Shown: piece after piece, positions 13,201-27,484 of the stretch
Layout of the letters: each line of letters starts with the position of its first letter
Position numbering within the stretch: position 1 is the first letter of the stretch
Assembly (NCBI GenBank): GCA_964247055.1
Contig: OZ176050.1
Span: forward strand, 6,076,001 to 6,140,000
From: Paragordius varius
Lineage: Eukaryota > Animalia > Nematomorpha
Reading direction: 5' to 3'
Length of the DNA: 64,000 nt
The notes under the pieces: model-generated
Told to the model about the DNA's origin: nothing
The model's database searches: none
Seen by the model: the letters and a program-made list of their open reading frames with translations, nothing else
Translations under genes and position numbers: made by a program

Positions 13201-16200
13201 TACTAAAAATTGCACCGATATTTCGAATTTCAGTACAAATGAAAAGAAGATTTTTTTAACCCATTCAAGAAATTCTTCTACAACTAGTATTTTTGTTATT
13301 TGCAGTTTTTGTTTTTAAAATATTATATACAATGAATTGTAATTTAAGTTTAAATGATTAGGATTTTGTAATTATTAATTTTTGGTTTTAGAAAATATCG
13401 ATATTTCCTCTCAATCCCCGGGTAAATTGGGTGCTAGCCCTATTATGACAAGGACAAAACAAGAAATCAAACATGGAAAAAGAGTTTGTTTTTGACATTA
13501 TTATATAACTGTTCCAAAAAGATATAAAATATTTTTGTTTAAGGTCTGTGTAAAAAAAAATTTGCAATTATTTTTAATTTCTATAGATTGCTCTAATAAA
13601 CTTTGAGGACCCTGTTTTTAAAGCCAGGTTTTTGTTGAATTCTTGTTTTTCCATTTGGTTCATTTACCTACCTGCTTACATAAAAATGTGTCAAAACAAA
13701 CAACGAGCCATGTATTGTGCTTTTGATATCCTCACAAACATTCCCACCAAAACTGCCGTTAAACAACCAAATGAAGTAAAAATGCTTTTGTATTCACAAT
13801 AAGGAATTTTGTAATAGACATATTGTAAAAATTAGAATTACAAATGAAAATATAAAAACTAAAAGACAAATATTTTTTTAATTTCCCATATTTTTTTAAC
13901 CTAAATTATTTTTATATAGACTGTAATACTAAAATTGTGAAATAATATACCATTTACAATTCAAATTCACCCTTGAACAATTCAAATTCAGTTTAAAAAT
14001 AAATTATATATTTTCGGGATAATATAATTCATCATTAATATGAAATATATCTTTATGACATAGTTTATCAGTTTTTCAGCATTATATTAATTTTAAAGAA
14101 AATTTTATATTTTGAAAATATTTAAAATAAAGGTAATTTTTAATCTTTAAAAACACATAATTTATTTTAGGATGAATTTGAATTGTTAAAGGAGTTAACT
14201 GTAAATGAAATGTAGATTGTCCTAACATCTGTCCTTATTCTGAACTCTAACATGATAGGTTATAAATCATAGTATGTCTTTATAAATTTACATTTGTTAT
14301 TACCATTTGTCTTAATAATTTAAATGTTTAATGTAAACTTGTAGACTCTAATTTTGAATTTTAATATAGATATGTTATCGGATCTTGTTGCAATTATGTT
14401 GCGTTTATAAACAACAATACTTGGCGGTTAGAGTACTACGAGAAATGCGCCGCGTGGGAATTCAACCAAATGCCGTAACATATGGATATTACAACAAGGT
14501 AATTAACAACTTTTACTCTAATAACTTTTTAGATAAAAATATCTATTAAAATATGTCTTGAACTTACTAAATTACATGGCTCCATATATCGGATCTAGGC
14601 CCTATTTGAAATTGATTATGTTTAAATAAATTTTCAATTAATGTTCTTTTAATATTTTTATCTAAATAAATATAAAGTTTATCAAAAAAATTTTTTATTT
14701 TTTTGGGCCATTATGAGGGCAAATACTCAAAATCGCTAGTAAATTTGTAAAGGTATGATGGTCCACTTTAAACGATTATATATTAAAAAGTACAACCTTA
14801 TTCAAAAATCAAGTGCTTGATCAACATGAGCTAATTAGTTTACAAGCGCTGTTTTTTTTTAAAAAAAAGGATTATTAGAACGGGTATTGGAGGGAGAATC
14901 TCACCCCATCATGACCCTTTTTGAGAAAAATTTAATAGGTATTAATTTTCAATATAATTTTCAATATTTTTTATTTTGTTTAATTTATAGGCTGTGTCTG
15001 AAAGTATGATGCCTTTTAAGCATCACCTTAACCCTTATTCAAACCAAAAAAATTTGTCGGAGCCAACAAACGAAACCGAACAACACAAAAAAAGTGCAAT
15101 ATCGCGTGACCTATTAACACACATTCATTGGAGTTTGGTTCGAAATGTCGTATTTGCCTTGGGTCATTTTCGACGCTCTTGTCCAGCTTATGTGGAACGG
15201 CGCAATTTTTATTATCAAAATCTCATCAATTATTACACAAATTATAACCAAAATCATTCTTTTAATAATCAAAAGTATTATTCAGCCAATGCGATGAATT
15301 TAGTACCGGGAATCATTACGAATCCTGCATACAAAAATATTGTTCCACAATCAATAAATCATCTCAATACACGTAAAAATAATTATTTACAAGCATTTTT
15401 TTATTGGCAATAACGTTTTTTACATAAAATATAGAATCAAATAATCAATCGAATACATTTCTAAAATGCGGCCAAGTTCCTACCCCATATACCCATAGAA
15501 AACGATTATTTAGCCACAGTAGAAAGAATATACCATCAGAGACCTGTGATGTTAATGATGCCTATTTTTCAGATCCCGAAAGTTTTTATTTATTTATTTT
15601 AACGACTTGTATTGTTAAGCTTATTTTTAATAATTATTACTTTTGTAATGCCAATTTCTATACTCTTTAGTTCTTATACCGAAACCAAAAATCAAAATGT
15701 ATCATTCGGATCCTTTGTTGATCAAATCAACAACAGCTTCTAAACAGGGTATTAACCATTAATCTGAAAAAAAAATTCATTTTATATTTATTTATATTTA
15801 TGTATATAAATTTTATTTAACAGGTAATATAATTGTTGAATATACACCATCGACGGTTCCTACCCACCCACCAAAAATATATTCTCCCCCATCGAATTCC
15901 CTATTTACATCACCTTTTGCAAAACTTGTTAGCCGAAAGTATATTAATTTTTTATTTTATCTATAAGATTATTAAAAATAAGTAATTGACATCAAATAAT
16001 TTTATCCTTAATATTATTATTTTATTAACAGATTGGACAAATTTATAAGTAAAATAGATAAGGCATTACTAACTTCATCATCATCGTCTACGGAATCAAG
16101 GACAAATACATCAATAAATAATATTGGGCAGCATAATTATGGCCAAAATCATAACTATCAGCCTAATAATTATACTAATGACTTTCGAATTCAACCACCA

Positions 16201-16276
16201 CCCCATAATCGATCCTATTCTTTGAAATCAGGTTTTTTGGATTTCGTGTTTAAAACTCAAAAAAAGTTTATGCTTA

Positions 16277-16324
<48 letters not shown>

Positions 16325-19300
16325 CATATATAATCTTTTACAATCATAGATGAAAACAATTTGGATTATTACAAACAACGTGCACAATATTCTCGTACAT
16401 CATCCACATTTCCCGGTAATATTATACATTAATTAAACATAATTTGTATTTATTTAATATGTCAATGCCTTAAAATTCAGAGGCACATAGACATAAAAGA
16501 AAAATATCTCACACTACTATACCGATACCATTGATTTCGGAAGTTTCTTTGGGCAGTCATATTTCCAGTTCTTCTCAAGCCCTGTCTCACACAGATTCTG
16601 TCGATTACGCCAATAACCGGACCCCAAAGTTTTATTTTATTTCTCTCTGTCACAAAACGTTTTAAATTTTTTTGATAAACTCATTGTGAGGAAAAAATAT
16701 ATTTATTTTATCATACCATGACCATTTTTTGAGTATAATGAAATAAATTTTTTGAATAATAATAAACAATATTATTCTTTGGATATATGTATTTAACTTT
16801 TTTTAATGTTTTTTGATCCATTATGAGGGTTGCATTAGTAAGCTATGCCCATTAACGTATGGGGAAATAAAATAATTTATGGGAGATGTTTATTTTGAAA
16901 AGCTCATTATGACTAGGGGCGTCTACTTCATAATTTTTCTTTGTTTAATAACCATGTGAAAATGTCTAACCCTTTAATATCCGTTGTAGTAAACAGGACA
17001 GATATGGTCTTGAAAATATAGGAGCTACCCCAAACAGTTTAGGAAATGCGGCGCGCCTTATGAAAAATGCTGCTGGAGCTTTGAGTTTCAAAATTAAAGG
17101 TTTCATAAATGATGCCTCTACTGCCCTAATGTCATTGGATATCGATGATTCTGGTAGATAATATATAATTTTACCGCAAAAGTCTCTCTAGTTATTTGAT
17201 AATTATTTGTCTCATAAAATTTTATGAAAACTAAATTTTATTAAAAAAAATTGCATGGTATACGATTTACATCTCGAACATTTTAATCGATCTTAAACAT
17301 TTTAATTTACCCTTGAATATTATAATTTTACCCTATAATATTTTAGTTTTTGAAAATCAATTACCTATATTTTTTGATATTTTAAAATTAAACTTTTTTT
17401 AAATTAAATTAGCCCGAAGACACATAATTTTATTGTTAATGTGAATTTGAAATGTTCAAGGGTAATTCAAAATATTTAATACTAAAAAAATGAAGGGTAT
17501 GTAGGAAATGTTATGTAAATTTATGATGTTCAATTCATTTGAGGTGTAATGGCATAGCATCTTTTTCAATGGATAAAAATTAAAATGAAAGAAATAATAA
17601 TTAAGCAGCATTATTATTTTTATAATATAATCCGTTTAAAAGATACAGACTTATCGAAATTATCGGTTATTGTTTAGTTTCAAATTTTACTATAATTTAT
17701 ATTATTATTACTTAAAAATATTCGTTATTGACAATAATAACTTTTTTATATTTTTTTGTTTTATCCAAAAATAAAAGAGACTTTATATAACCTCTATAAT
17801 ATAGATTACGAAGAAACTGATGAAAATTCAGAAAAAGTCAATCAAACTCAATTAAGCTCCGGTAATCAAATAGGACCATCACAACATTCTACAAAGGGTT
17901 CGCGTTGGGAACCTGGCCTGCTTATAGGCGATCGTTTAATGTGGGCTGATTATAATACCTATTATCAGGATTCACACCAATTATCCAACACTAGTATAAA
18001 TAACAGCAGTAAAATTTTAAAATATATAAATAATATGTAAAGAGAGGATAAATATTTTATTAAAAAAGAATATTATATTTATAAAATTTTGATTTTTCCC
18101 ACATTAACTATTTAATTATATTGTAATATTGATTCCATTAACAAGTTACCTTTTTTTCGCCTTTTTCCAAAACAAAATGATCAATATTATAAAATCATTT
18201 TAAGAATATTAATGTATTTAAAAACATATTTGTCTTTTAATTTTAACCATTTTCTGTATAATTTTTATTTTTACTGTAATGCTGCATTAGATATTGGACC
18301 TAATCAAAATAATGGTATTTCAACGGCACAACAAATTGAAAACAATAACATGCCCAATAATCCACCAAATTTGTTAGGGGGTGATACAATGTCTTACAAC
18401 TTAAACACTCGGAAATTAAGCGATGATATGCGACGGTTAGTTTTGAAAATATAGGGGTTAAAAATGTTTGATTTATATTTTTGACTCTTTTTTAACATTT
18501 TTTACTATTAATTAAACTCTACAAGATATGTGTCTTATTAAGCTGGCCACAATTTGTTTTTGAAATGTAATTTGCATATATTTTTTATTTTCATATTTAC
18601 TTTTTTATGAAATTAATTTTAATAAGTATTTTAGTCTTTCTATTTCAAATGGGTGAGTTATATCTTTAATTTCAACGTCTTATCTTTAAAACGCGAAAAA
18701 TGTATTTGAAGGCTTCATATCTTATTGCTGATCAGGATATATATTTTTCAGTGATGCAAACTCCCATATTTATAAATGTCAGTTTTAATCATAATTTTTA
18801 ACTGATACAACTTTGTAATTTCAGATTATTCAAACAAAATATTTATGAAAAAATTATATAAAAAATATTTGTATCATGTTGGTAAAATTATTTAATTTAT
18901 AGGCATACACCTCAATATCTTCAGCCGAGCGATCAACAAGGCCAATATCTTAACATAGATAATCAAAGTATATAATCACTTGATAAAATATTATTGATTC
19001 ATCTCCAATATTTATTTTTCAAACTTTTTATTTTATTATTAATTGAAAATGTTAAATGATTTGCCAGTAAGATAAAATGAAAAAAAATCTCTCTGAATTT
19101 ACCATACTTAATCGAAATCATATAAAAGAGTATTGTAGTTAAATAACTTTACGCTTTGATATTTTCATATGACAAGTATGATTTTATGTAATGTATTTAA
19201 TTTAATCATGTTTTATAAGTTTAATGTAGAAAAAAAAGCCTACATATGTTTAATGTTTAATTGGAATAAATATATATTTCACAAGTCAAAAAATATTTTC

Positions 19301-22300
19301 AAAGATGGATTATTGTACGCTATAACATTATTTTAAGGTCAAAAAAGATTATCAGTTTCATCAATTCCTGCCCACAACAATTTTTCTCTTGCCTCAAATA
19401 CCAATCAGCCTCTTAACACGAATCTCACATCTCTACCAAAATGGTTTGAAGAAACCAAACTCTTTAAATTAACCAAGGACAATACATATCTACGATCAAT
19501 CATTAAAGAATTAATTGTGCCATTAAATGGAAATGAAAAAGTATAAAATCTAAAACTATACATATATTTATTTATATGTAAATACGATATCATTAATAAT
19601 TTTATAGTATTTATTATGGTTAAGAGGAAATCTTTTTACATATACTCATTGTTTCTAATTCAATTCGATTGAAATAGTATCCTATATTAATATACTTTTT
19701 ATATTTTTAGTTTGACCCAATGAGAAAATCTAAATCCTGTTCAGAGCTTTGCAAAAAAACCAATACGTCAATCCCAGAGCAACGAATGTATATCTTATTA
19801 ACTTTAACAATTCATATCAATTTTTACATATAAATATTACTACTTTTAAAGGCGTGATGTTGTTGACTCCAAAATAAAGAATAAAATTAATGGTAAAGAC
19901 TCCCATATCAGCAGTAATGATATTCAAAGAATTACTTTCTCTACGGAAATGGTTTGTCCGCATTGCCAAAATTACATATATGATGAGGATATCATATCCG
20001 GATGGTATCCTGATGATTCCAATTTGAATACAAAGTTATTAATTGTTTTTTTAAATTCACAGGCTCTATATTAAGTTCAATCATTTTAAAAAAGAATATT
20101 TTTGCTTTAAGAATCATTGAACTGTGATATATCACCATTTTTTATGATATGTTATTTTTTACTCTTATGCACTTCATATTTTAACATTTTGTTCCAATGG
20201 ATTTATCATTTGAATATTAAAGTTTTTATTATACTGCCAAAGCTATATTAATAACTTACTCCTACAAATTTAATAGAAATATATTGATATTCTTATTGTT
20301 AAATTAATATTTACTGCTAATTTTTAACTACTTCCATATAAAAACAATGTTTTGGCGTTTTAAAATTTATTTTTGTGACAAAATAAGAATCATTGAAATA
20401 TTAAATTAATTTAAATCCAATTTTTATATTTAGATGTCGATTCTGTAAACGAAATTTTGTACCGAATCTGTCCATAAACATCCGCGTAATATCATTAATT
20501 TTTATCTTTTTATTAATGCTTTGTCAATCAGTAATCATTATTTTTTTACATTTCATATAACTTATCCTCACATTTAAATTTATGTTTTGTTAGAGGGTAA
20601 ACTACAAGAAACTTGCTTCTAAAATAGCTGATTTGCGAAATTTACTCCATAAATCTGATCAATCTATACCAAAACGTTTATCAAATACCAGCAAAGGTCA
20701 ATTATATTATTTAGACAACACATTATTTGTTATTTAAATTTTTGGAGAATTAAATTGTTGTATTGGTTATACTTAAAATTTATTATAATAAATGCTTAAT
20801 TGATTACATACATAGTAGATAGCTTAGATGTCTCGTTATACAAATCATATTCCAGTGAATCCATTATTCCCCATAAACCTTTATCATTGACAAGCCAACT
20901 CGACTTAACAGAATCCGAATATCACGAATCCTCTATGCTGGAATCGCTTCTTACTTCTTTTGCCGAAGTGCCACGGAACATCTATAATTTCCTCAATTTT
21001 TTGGAGTACTTACATGGAACAATACTAGGGTATAATGTATTATTTTGGAAAGAAACGAATTAAAATAAACACTTAACAGTTAGTTCAATAAAAGTTTAAT
21101 CCAAATGAATAAAAATAAATTTTTTGCATATTAACCGTCTCACTTTTATAATACCAAAGCTGATTTGCCATATTATCGTATAAATGTATCACATTAATTT
21201 TCTACATTTAGGCTATTTTTTAAAAATAATCAAAATATTATAACCATTTGTTCAATTTCATTTTTTCGTTTTGTTTTTATCTGTTATTTCCGGGTTAAGA
21301 GAGTTTCCGGTGGTTTTTAAATTTAGATAGGGTATAAATTTTAAAAACTGCTTTTTTGAACCAAAATTTGAACACATTATATTTTATGCGTGTATAGTGA
21401 CCAAGTCGATATCGAAAAGCAGTCCACGAATTTCGTTTATCAATACTTGAGCCCACTTGTTTTGCAAAAAGAACTTGAAAACATTTTGGATCATGAAGCC
21501 AGTGATGAATGTTTACTTAATGTGAGTTTTGTTGAACGCCATGCTTGCGTTTATTGGAATATGCTTTGGTATTTCCATCGACTTGGCTTACCAAATTTCC
21601 TACCTAATTTGCTTTATGGAAACGTTATTGATACACCTTCGGACCATATGGTATTATATAAAAATATTTATTATTATTTAGGTGTTTTTGTTCAAATTTT
21701 TGATGAGAGTTACAATGGGAAAAATACCAATAATTAATTTTTATTTTTTGTTAACTTTAAGGATAATTTTTAATACTACCCCCACATTAATTAATCATTG
21801 ATTGCCATTGTTTTTATCATTATTTGATAAACCCTTTCTTAATTATATTTTGGAATTAAGTGAATGCCGTCTGAGATTTGTTTGATAGAATAGCTAAGAG
21901 AGAAACGCTTTATTACTATTTAATTAGGTGAATGCTATTTAAATTTAAATTTTTATTGTCACAATTACTTTCATGAGATAACAGAAATTTGCTCTTAATA
22001 CTATATGAATTTACATTTTTATCCTTAAATAATGTACATTAATATTTTATAGCCTCCGAATTTAGAAATTTTAATTTTATGGGAAGATCTGATGCCATAT
22101 TTACGGGAAACAGTGGATGTTTGTGACATTCCTCTTTACATTTGTCAGTACATGCATCAAAGTTAGCATTTAACTCTATTTTAGATGATTTATACGGATT
22201 AATTGAAATGGCTTTCCCGGAAAAACAACTAAAACATAACCACCAAATTGATAGGGAGTAAGTTTATTTATAATATAATAATATCTCATTGCTTTTTAAC

Positions 22301-23123
22301 CAAAATTTTTTGCCATAATAATACCGGATTCTCTTTTACCTTTAGGTCTTTATCTCATTGTTTAGAAGCGATTTCAAAAAATGATTTGTTTAATGCATTA
22401 CTTCCCATTCTACAATATATTCAAAATGATAAAAGCTTGGCGGGCAAAAAAACTAAAACCACTCTTTCTCAAAAAATGATTAGAAAGCATGGGCTTTATC
22501 ATGAAATTATGTGGTTAGCCATATTGTTACATGAAAATCTTAATTATGGTATGACTATCGGGAATTTATTTTAATTTTTTTATTTCTTCTATTCATATAG
22601 TATAGGTAAAACACCTTTAAAATCTTAAATTTTTAATTATGGATTTTTAATTGCAATAGTTTCCCTATAAGGTGAACAATGTTAAAGCAAAATTATAACG
22701 ATTATGTCTTTTGTTCAGGTTTTGATTATAGTAACTGCAATTATAAACCAAATTTATATTTTATTTAAATATCTATTAAATACAACGTTTAATTATATTT
22801 TGCAATTTGCTATGTGTTAAGCCGCAAATATAAAAACCATTGATAAATATTATTTTACAATAATTTATAAAAAAATCTAAGTTATATAAATAGATTGGTT
22901 CATTTACACAAAAGTATAGTGTCATAAATTTTATCGGCAAAATTTCTGTTGACCCGTTTAGAAATATTTTATTATATTTTTAGCTGCCTATGACTACGAA
23001 TACAAACGCGCATTTCATCAACTCAAAGGAATTTTTGCCGACATTTTTTCTGATAGCGACCACCCACCCAACAATAATATACACATATATCAATCAATAT
23101 TTTGTGGGACATTCAATTTGTAG
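7276..23123 (+). CDS. DENND4: DENN domain-containing protein 4 (C-myc promoter-binding protein / Drosophila Crag family Rab GEF): MABP, uDENN-DENN-dDENN, PPR-like repeats and conserved C-terminal domain; about 43 exons
   Basis: Spliced motifs [104 protein letters not shown] and [12 protein letters not shown] match DENND4A/C in order. A continuous phase-consistent GT-AG chain runs to TAG at 23121-23123. Confidence 0.95.
11070..11340. mobile_element. Tc1/mariner-like MITE (about 270 bp) in DENND4 intron 10
   Basis: Imperfect TIRs of about 45 bp: TATACCATTTACAATTAAAATTCACCCTTGAACA ... TGTTCAAGGGTGAATTCGAAGCGTAAATGGTATA, with TA-flanked ends. Further copies lie at about 13946 and 17259. Confidence 0.75.
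13946..14211. mobile_element. Second copy of the same MITE family, DENND4 intron 20
   Basis: Left end TATACCATTTACAATTCAAATTCACCCTTGAACAA. It shares the internal sequence CATCATTAATATGAAATATATCTTT with the 11070 copy; the right end is degenerate. Confidence 0.7.
16289..16322. repeat. (TA)n microsatellite in a DENND4 intron
   Basis: Direct reading. Similar tracts occur at about 35880-35907 and 45866-45892. Confidence 0.9.
17259..17470. mobile_element. Degenerate third copy of the 11070 MITE family, DENND4 intron 29
   Basis: Matches TATACGATTTAC..., TTTACCCTTGAA, and TGTGAATTTGAAATGTTCAAGGGT at the right end. Confidence 0.5.
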
Positions 23124-25090
23124 AATAATACCTGACTCTATAATTTTGTACACTCCTTATTTATTTTATATTGTAATAAATATAATTTAAAAATTTACAC
23201 AATATAAGCGATTTGGATAAAGATACTTGTGTATATTCAGCAATAATCGAAATTATTTAAAAACATGAATTTTAGATTGCTATTAAAAATATAGCACAAA
23301 CATGTGCTCAATGGAATTAAAAAATATGAAAAAAATTGGTGACGCTATTTAAACTGTAAACTTTTCGATTTCATAACACTAGACAACAAATTTTGACTTT
23401 TTTTAACTGCCATTCTTGTAAATAATTTAGTTCATAGTACATAAATACTATATCTGAAAAGAAAATTGGTCTTATACCCAAGAATTTTTTTATTTTAGAG
23501 TTTATCGATAATTTTTGGCCCCGATTTAATAAACTCGAAATCTTCAAAATTAAAAGTTTTAGATAAGAAGCCATGTATTTTATATCATTCTAAGAGAGCA
23601 AAAAACTGTATCTTTTAAATGGTAATAAGTCATTTAAATCAATCGGATGTAAAAGTTATTTGGGTTTATATGGTCGAAATTTTAAATCCTTAAATAAGTC
23701 AAAAATTTTGACAGACAAACTAATTTGAAAATCATATAAATTATTTTAATATTATTATTAGGGTTATATTAGTAATTAATTTAAAATAAATCTTTGAAAA
23801 AGATTTTGGTTTTCTTTTTTAATAAAACTTATTTTTTTCATAATTATTTTACCTAGTGGATACTAAAATCATAGTTATAACTGAAAATTTATTATATAAT
23901 GGCTATAAAATATCAAAAATACCTAAACTTTGTTTTTGTCTTCAAAATTTTGAATTTATAAGCCAAAGAAAATAAATTAATATTGATGACATGGTAATTT
24001 TTAAAAAAAACTTAAAAATGTCTGTTTTGAGTGATATAAAAGCAGTAAGAAAATGTTTTAATCAAAAAAACTTTCTTGTGTTATCTTTTTTGGACATTCA
24101 TCACCATCTAGACAAAGTTTGAGCTATTTTCATCCATTAGTTTTAAAAATATATTAATTAAAAAAATGCTCTCGCTTCGCGCGTTTGTCGCTCTCTGTGT
24201 CCAATATTAACTGTCGATGTATATTAGTATGCATTTTATAGAGTTTTTATTACTCTTTCGAATGATATATTACAAATGGGCATTACTTGTATATTTTCAA
24301 AGAAAAACATTTTTTAGTAAAATTTTGATGAAGAGGGCGCATAATAAAAGAATCAAATTATAGAAAATTCTTACGTGGAGTTATAATTTTTATTTCAGAT
24401 TTACTGTTAAAATGATACTAAATATCAGAAAATGCAAAAAACTCGAGTGGCAGAAAAATTTGTTGTCCAGTGTAATCACCTGTTCTTTGTTTAGCTTTCT
24501 TTAATTTATTTGTTTTCATGCTAGGCCGATGCAGAATCATTTATTTTTTCACTGCTACTTTATGAACAATTATTCGAACATCTAAACCTCTTTGACGTTT
24601 TTAGATGTATTAATTAAAAAAAGATAGTTACAAATTATCAACGAAGTGTTCAATAAGGAGAACTATGGATTATGCGTTTTTTTAAATAGCTAAAAGGGTA
24701 TTTAATTTACATGTCTGTTAGCATCTATGATATTTTTATTAGTTGCATGTTTAATTGATATTGTGGAAATAGCAAAATTTTTAAAATTTAACATTAACAA
24801 ATTTCCATAGTTTTTAAATTTTAGTTGGTAAAAAAAGGCGAAACGCCGCAATTATAGAACTTAGGACACTCAATATGAGAAAAAAATTTAAATTTCATTA
24901 ATAATAGTTTAACCTTATTAATATCTAATTTAAAATTCAATAAATTATTAAAAAAATTTTGCTTTTAAAATATCAAAATTTAATTTTATAATCATTTAAT
25001 ATATTCAAACTGAACTATGTCCATTCATTTATGTTTTATTAATGGCTTATTTTCTGTCCATATATAGATATATAATTATAGGCCTTCTAA

Positions 25091-26165
25091 TCTATATATA
25101 TATAAAAATTGAAAATGCTGGCTATGTGATCTGGTACAGGAAAACCGGTAGACCCATTCAAATCCAAATATCGAAAAAATATAAAATGAATGCCCCGACA
25201 ATAGCTTCGCCCTTTTTTTGAAATAGGTTTCCAGTTCGGGCCCATTCCGTGTAAAAAACGCGTTTTTTTTGAAAACAGAAGTCCACAAAAATCGTGTCTT
25301 TGAGACAATTTTCCGGAGAACGTGTTGGACCATTCAATTTCAAATATGATTTTTGTTTACTTATTTTCGATTGCGCCGAACATAGTCGTCTCGCTTTTTT
25401 AATTTCGGCCCTCTTTTTACCCGCTCCCCCCGTAAAATGCCATTTTTTTCAAAAAACAAAGTCCACAAAAATAAATTTTTAAAATTATTATTTGCCCTAG
25501 GTATGAGACCGTAAAAATTCAATATGGATTCCATGTATTCCCTGATAAAAGTTAAAAATTTTAGTCAAGCGTTTCTTTGATGATAGCTGCTGAGTAAGGA
25601 GCTACCCGCTAAAAATTGATTCATCATGTAACTTTGTGATGTTTCCGGAAAACCGGTGAACCCAATCAAATCCAAATAAAAAAACATAATGATTAATGAA
25701 TGCCCTGACAATAGCTTCGCCCTTTTTTTGAAATAGGCCCCCAGTTCGGGCCCACCCCGTGTGAAAAACGGGCTGAGGCCATTTTCTGGAGAACGTGTTG
25801 GACCATTCAATTTCAAATATGATTTTTGTTTACTTATTTTTGATCGCGCAGAACATAGTCGTCTCGTTTTTTTGATTTAGGCCCTCTTTTTATCCGCTAC
25901 CCCCGTAAAATGCCATTTTTTTCAAAAAACAAAGTCCACAAAAATAATTTTTTAAATCTATTTTCCCCCCAATTAAACAATATATTAGTATGAATGCACC
26001 GTTTTAAAATTCCTATAAAATCATATCTATTAAATAATGTTTCGAAATAATCCACATATGTGGATCATTTTATTGTCCCATATTTCAAATAACCCCCCCC
26101 CCCCCCCCCAGAAGTCCGAAGGACTTCCTCGGGCTGCGTGGCAGCACGAGTTTTTCATAAAATAG
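25091..26165 (+). mobile_element. Non-autonomous Helitron-like element (about 1.07 kb) with an internal tandem duplication
   Basis: 5' end is A|TCTATATATATATAAAAATTG. 3' end has a C-run (about 26093-26109), two adjacent GC-rich hairpins (GAAGTCC-GAA-GGACTTC and CTCG-G-GCTGC-GTG-GCAGC-A-CGAG) and ends ...ATAG|T, a variant of CTAG. It sits between A and T with no TSD. Internal direct repeats lie at about 25130-25495 and 25635-25960. Confidence 0.62.
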
Positions 26166-27484
26166 TTAATTTGAAACAAAAAATAATTAAAATTTTTTAT
26201 ATCCAGGTATCCAGAAAAGAGCGTGACCTGTCCACAAAGACGACTCTTACCGCCTTCCTATGCTTTTACACGTTTCAAGTTATTTTATGATAGAAATTAA
26301 TATGCAATTTATCCATAACAATGTGATCTGAGGTCACAGAAAACCACAAACTGTCCCCAACACGAGAAGCCTTACTTGTAATTTTTTAAAGACGACGCTC
26401 TCGTCGACGCTGTTGTTTGTCGTAATGTAGCCTTTCCTCTGCATTCAGCAGTTTTTTAAATTTGCCCACTTACAGTTTTCCGAAATTTAATTATCTATTT
26501 TTGGCGCCATTTTGGCTTTTAATACCGACTTTAAAGCGAAAAAATCCTTAAATCAAAAATTTGAGATGGTTGCATAAAATATATGGAAAAAGTTTATATA
26601 TATATATATATATATTGGATATTTTGTAGTAATTATGCGCAGCTTCCGGTTTTATCGAAAAATTTTCTTTTATATAATGCTTAAATATTTTTGAGAGCGA
26701 AATAAATATTAAAATCTTTTACCGCATATTAATAATTCTATGATTCAGATTAGACGCTAAAATGCTATTTTTTAGCTTAAATCTTTCTGGCATCTGTAAA
26801 AATATAAAATCTTTCTTGATAATATGCGTTTAAAATATCCTTATGCTATATTAACACAAATAAAATTAGCTGACCGTTTTCATCCATTGTATTAAATTTT
26901 ATTTGATCTAATGTGCGAAAAAAAGGCGATTTTTTGATTTTGGCTAATAACAGAAAATCTTAAATAACTGTTTTTCTAGTCATTGATAAATATAATCACT
27001 TATGATGAATACAAAGTAGAAATAAGGTCTGCTACACCTCTTGATTAATACATACGATCATATTGGAAACAAATTGAAAGAGATAAACAAATTAGGTTTT
27101 TCAAATACATCATTCGACCATCTGTGAGTTAATATCATATTCATAACTATACCATAAATATACAGTTTACAATCTCTTTTTTCAGTTTTCTTTTAAAGGG
27201 TAAGGACTTAAATTGTATCCGGACATGTGAAGGTTCTAACACTCGCCTGCCTAGGGCTGACAGTGATGATGGATAAATCGCGTAGTTTCGGGGTTCAATT
27301 AAAAAAACAAAAATATTTTAAATAAAACGTGATATGTTTACATCTCTCATTAATAATAATCGTATACTAGTCTAGGTATGACATAACTGATTTGAGTTAC
27401 CATGAAATAAATATGGATAAAAGATTTTTTTCACTTTTAAATAAAGTGCAAATTATATTTTTAAATTCCAATTCTTAGAAATAT

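Noticed and set aside
25130-25960. Two direct repeats with a short spacer as an LTR pair (TRIM)
   Set aside because: No TG...CA ends, no convincing PBS, PPT or TSD. Helitron-type termini enclose both repeats.
26190-27130. Exon-like patches and a minus-strand MAPK.../AEERLHYDKQQRRRERRL fragment
   Set aside because: Interrupted by stops, no consistent splice chain and no recognised homology.
27190-27305. GC-richer patch as snRNA, snoRNA or SL RNA
   Set aside because: No match to U1/U2/U5/U6 signature motifs, no Sm site in context and no paired C/D boxes.
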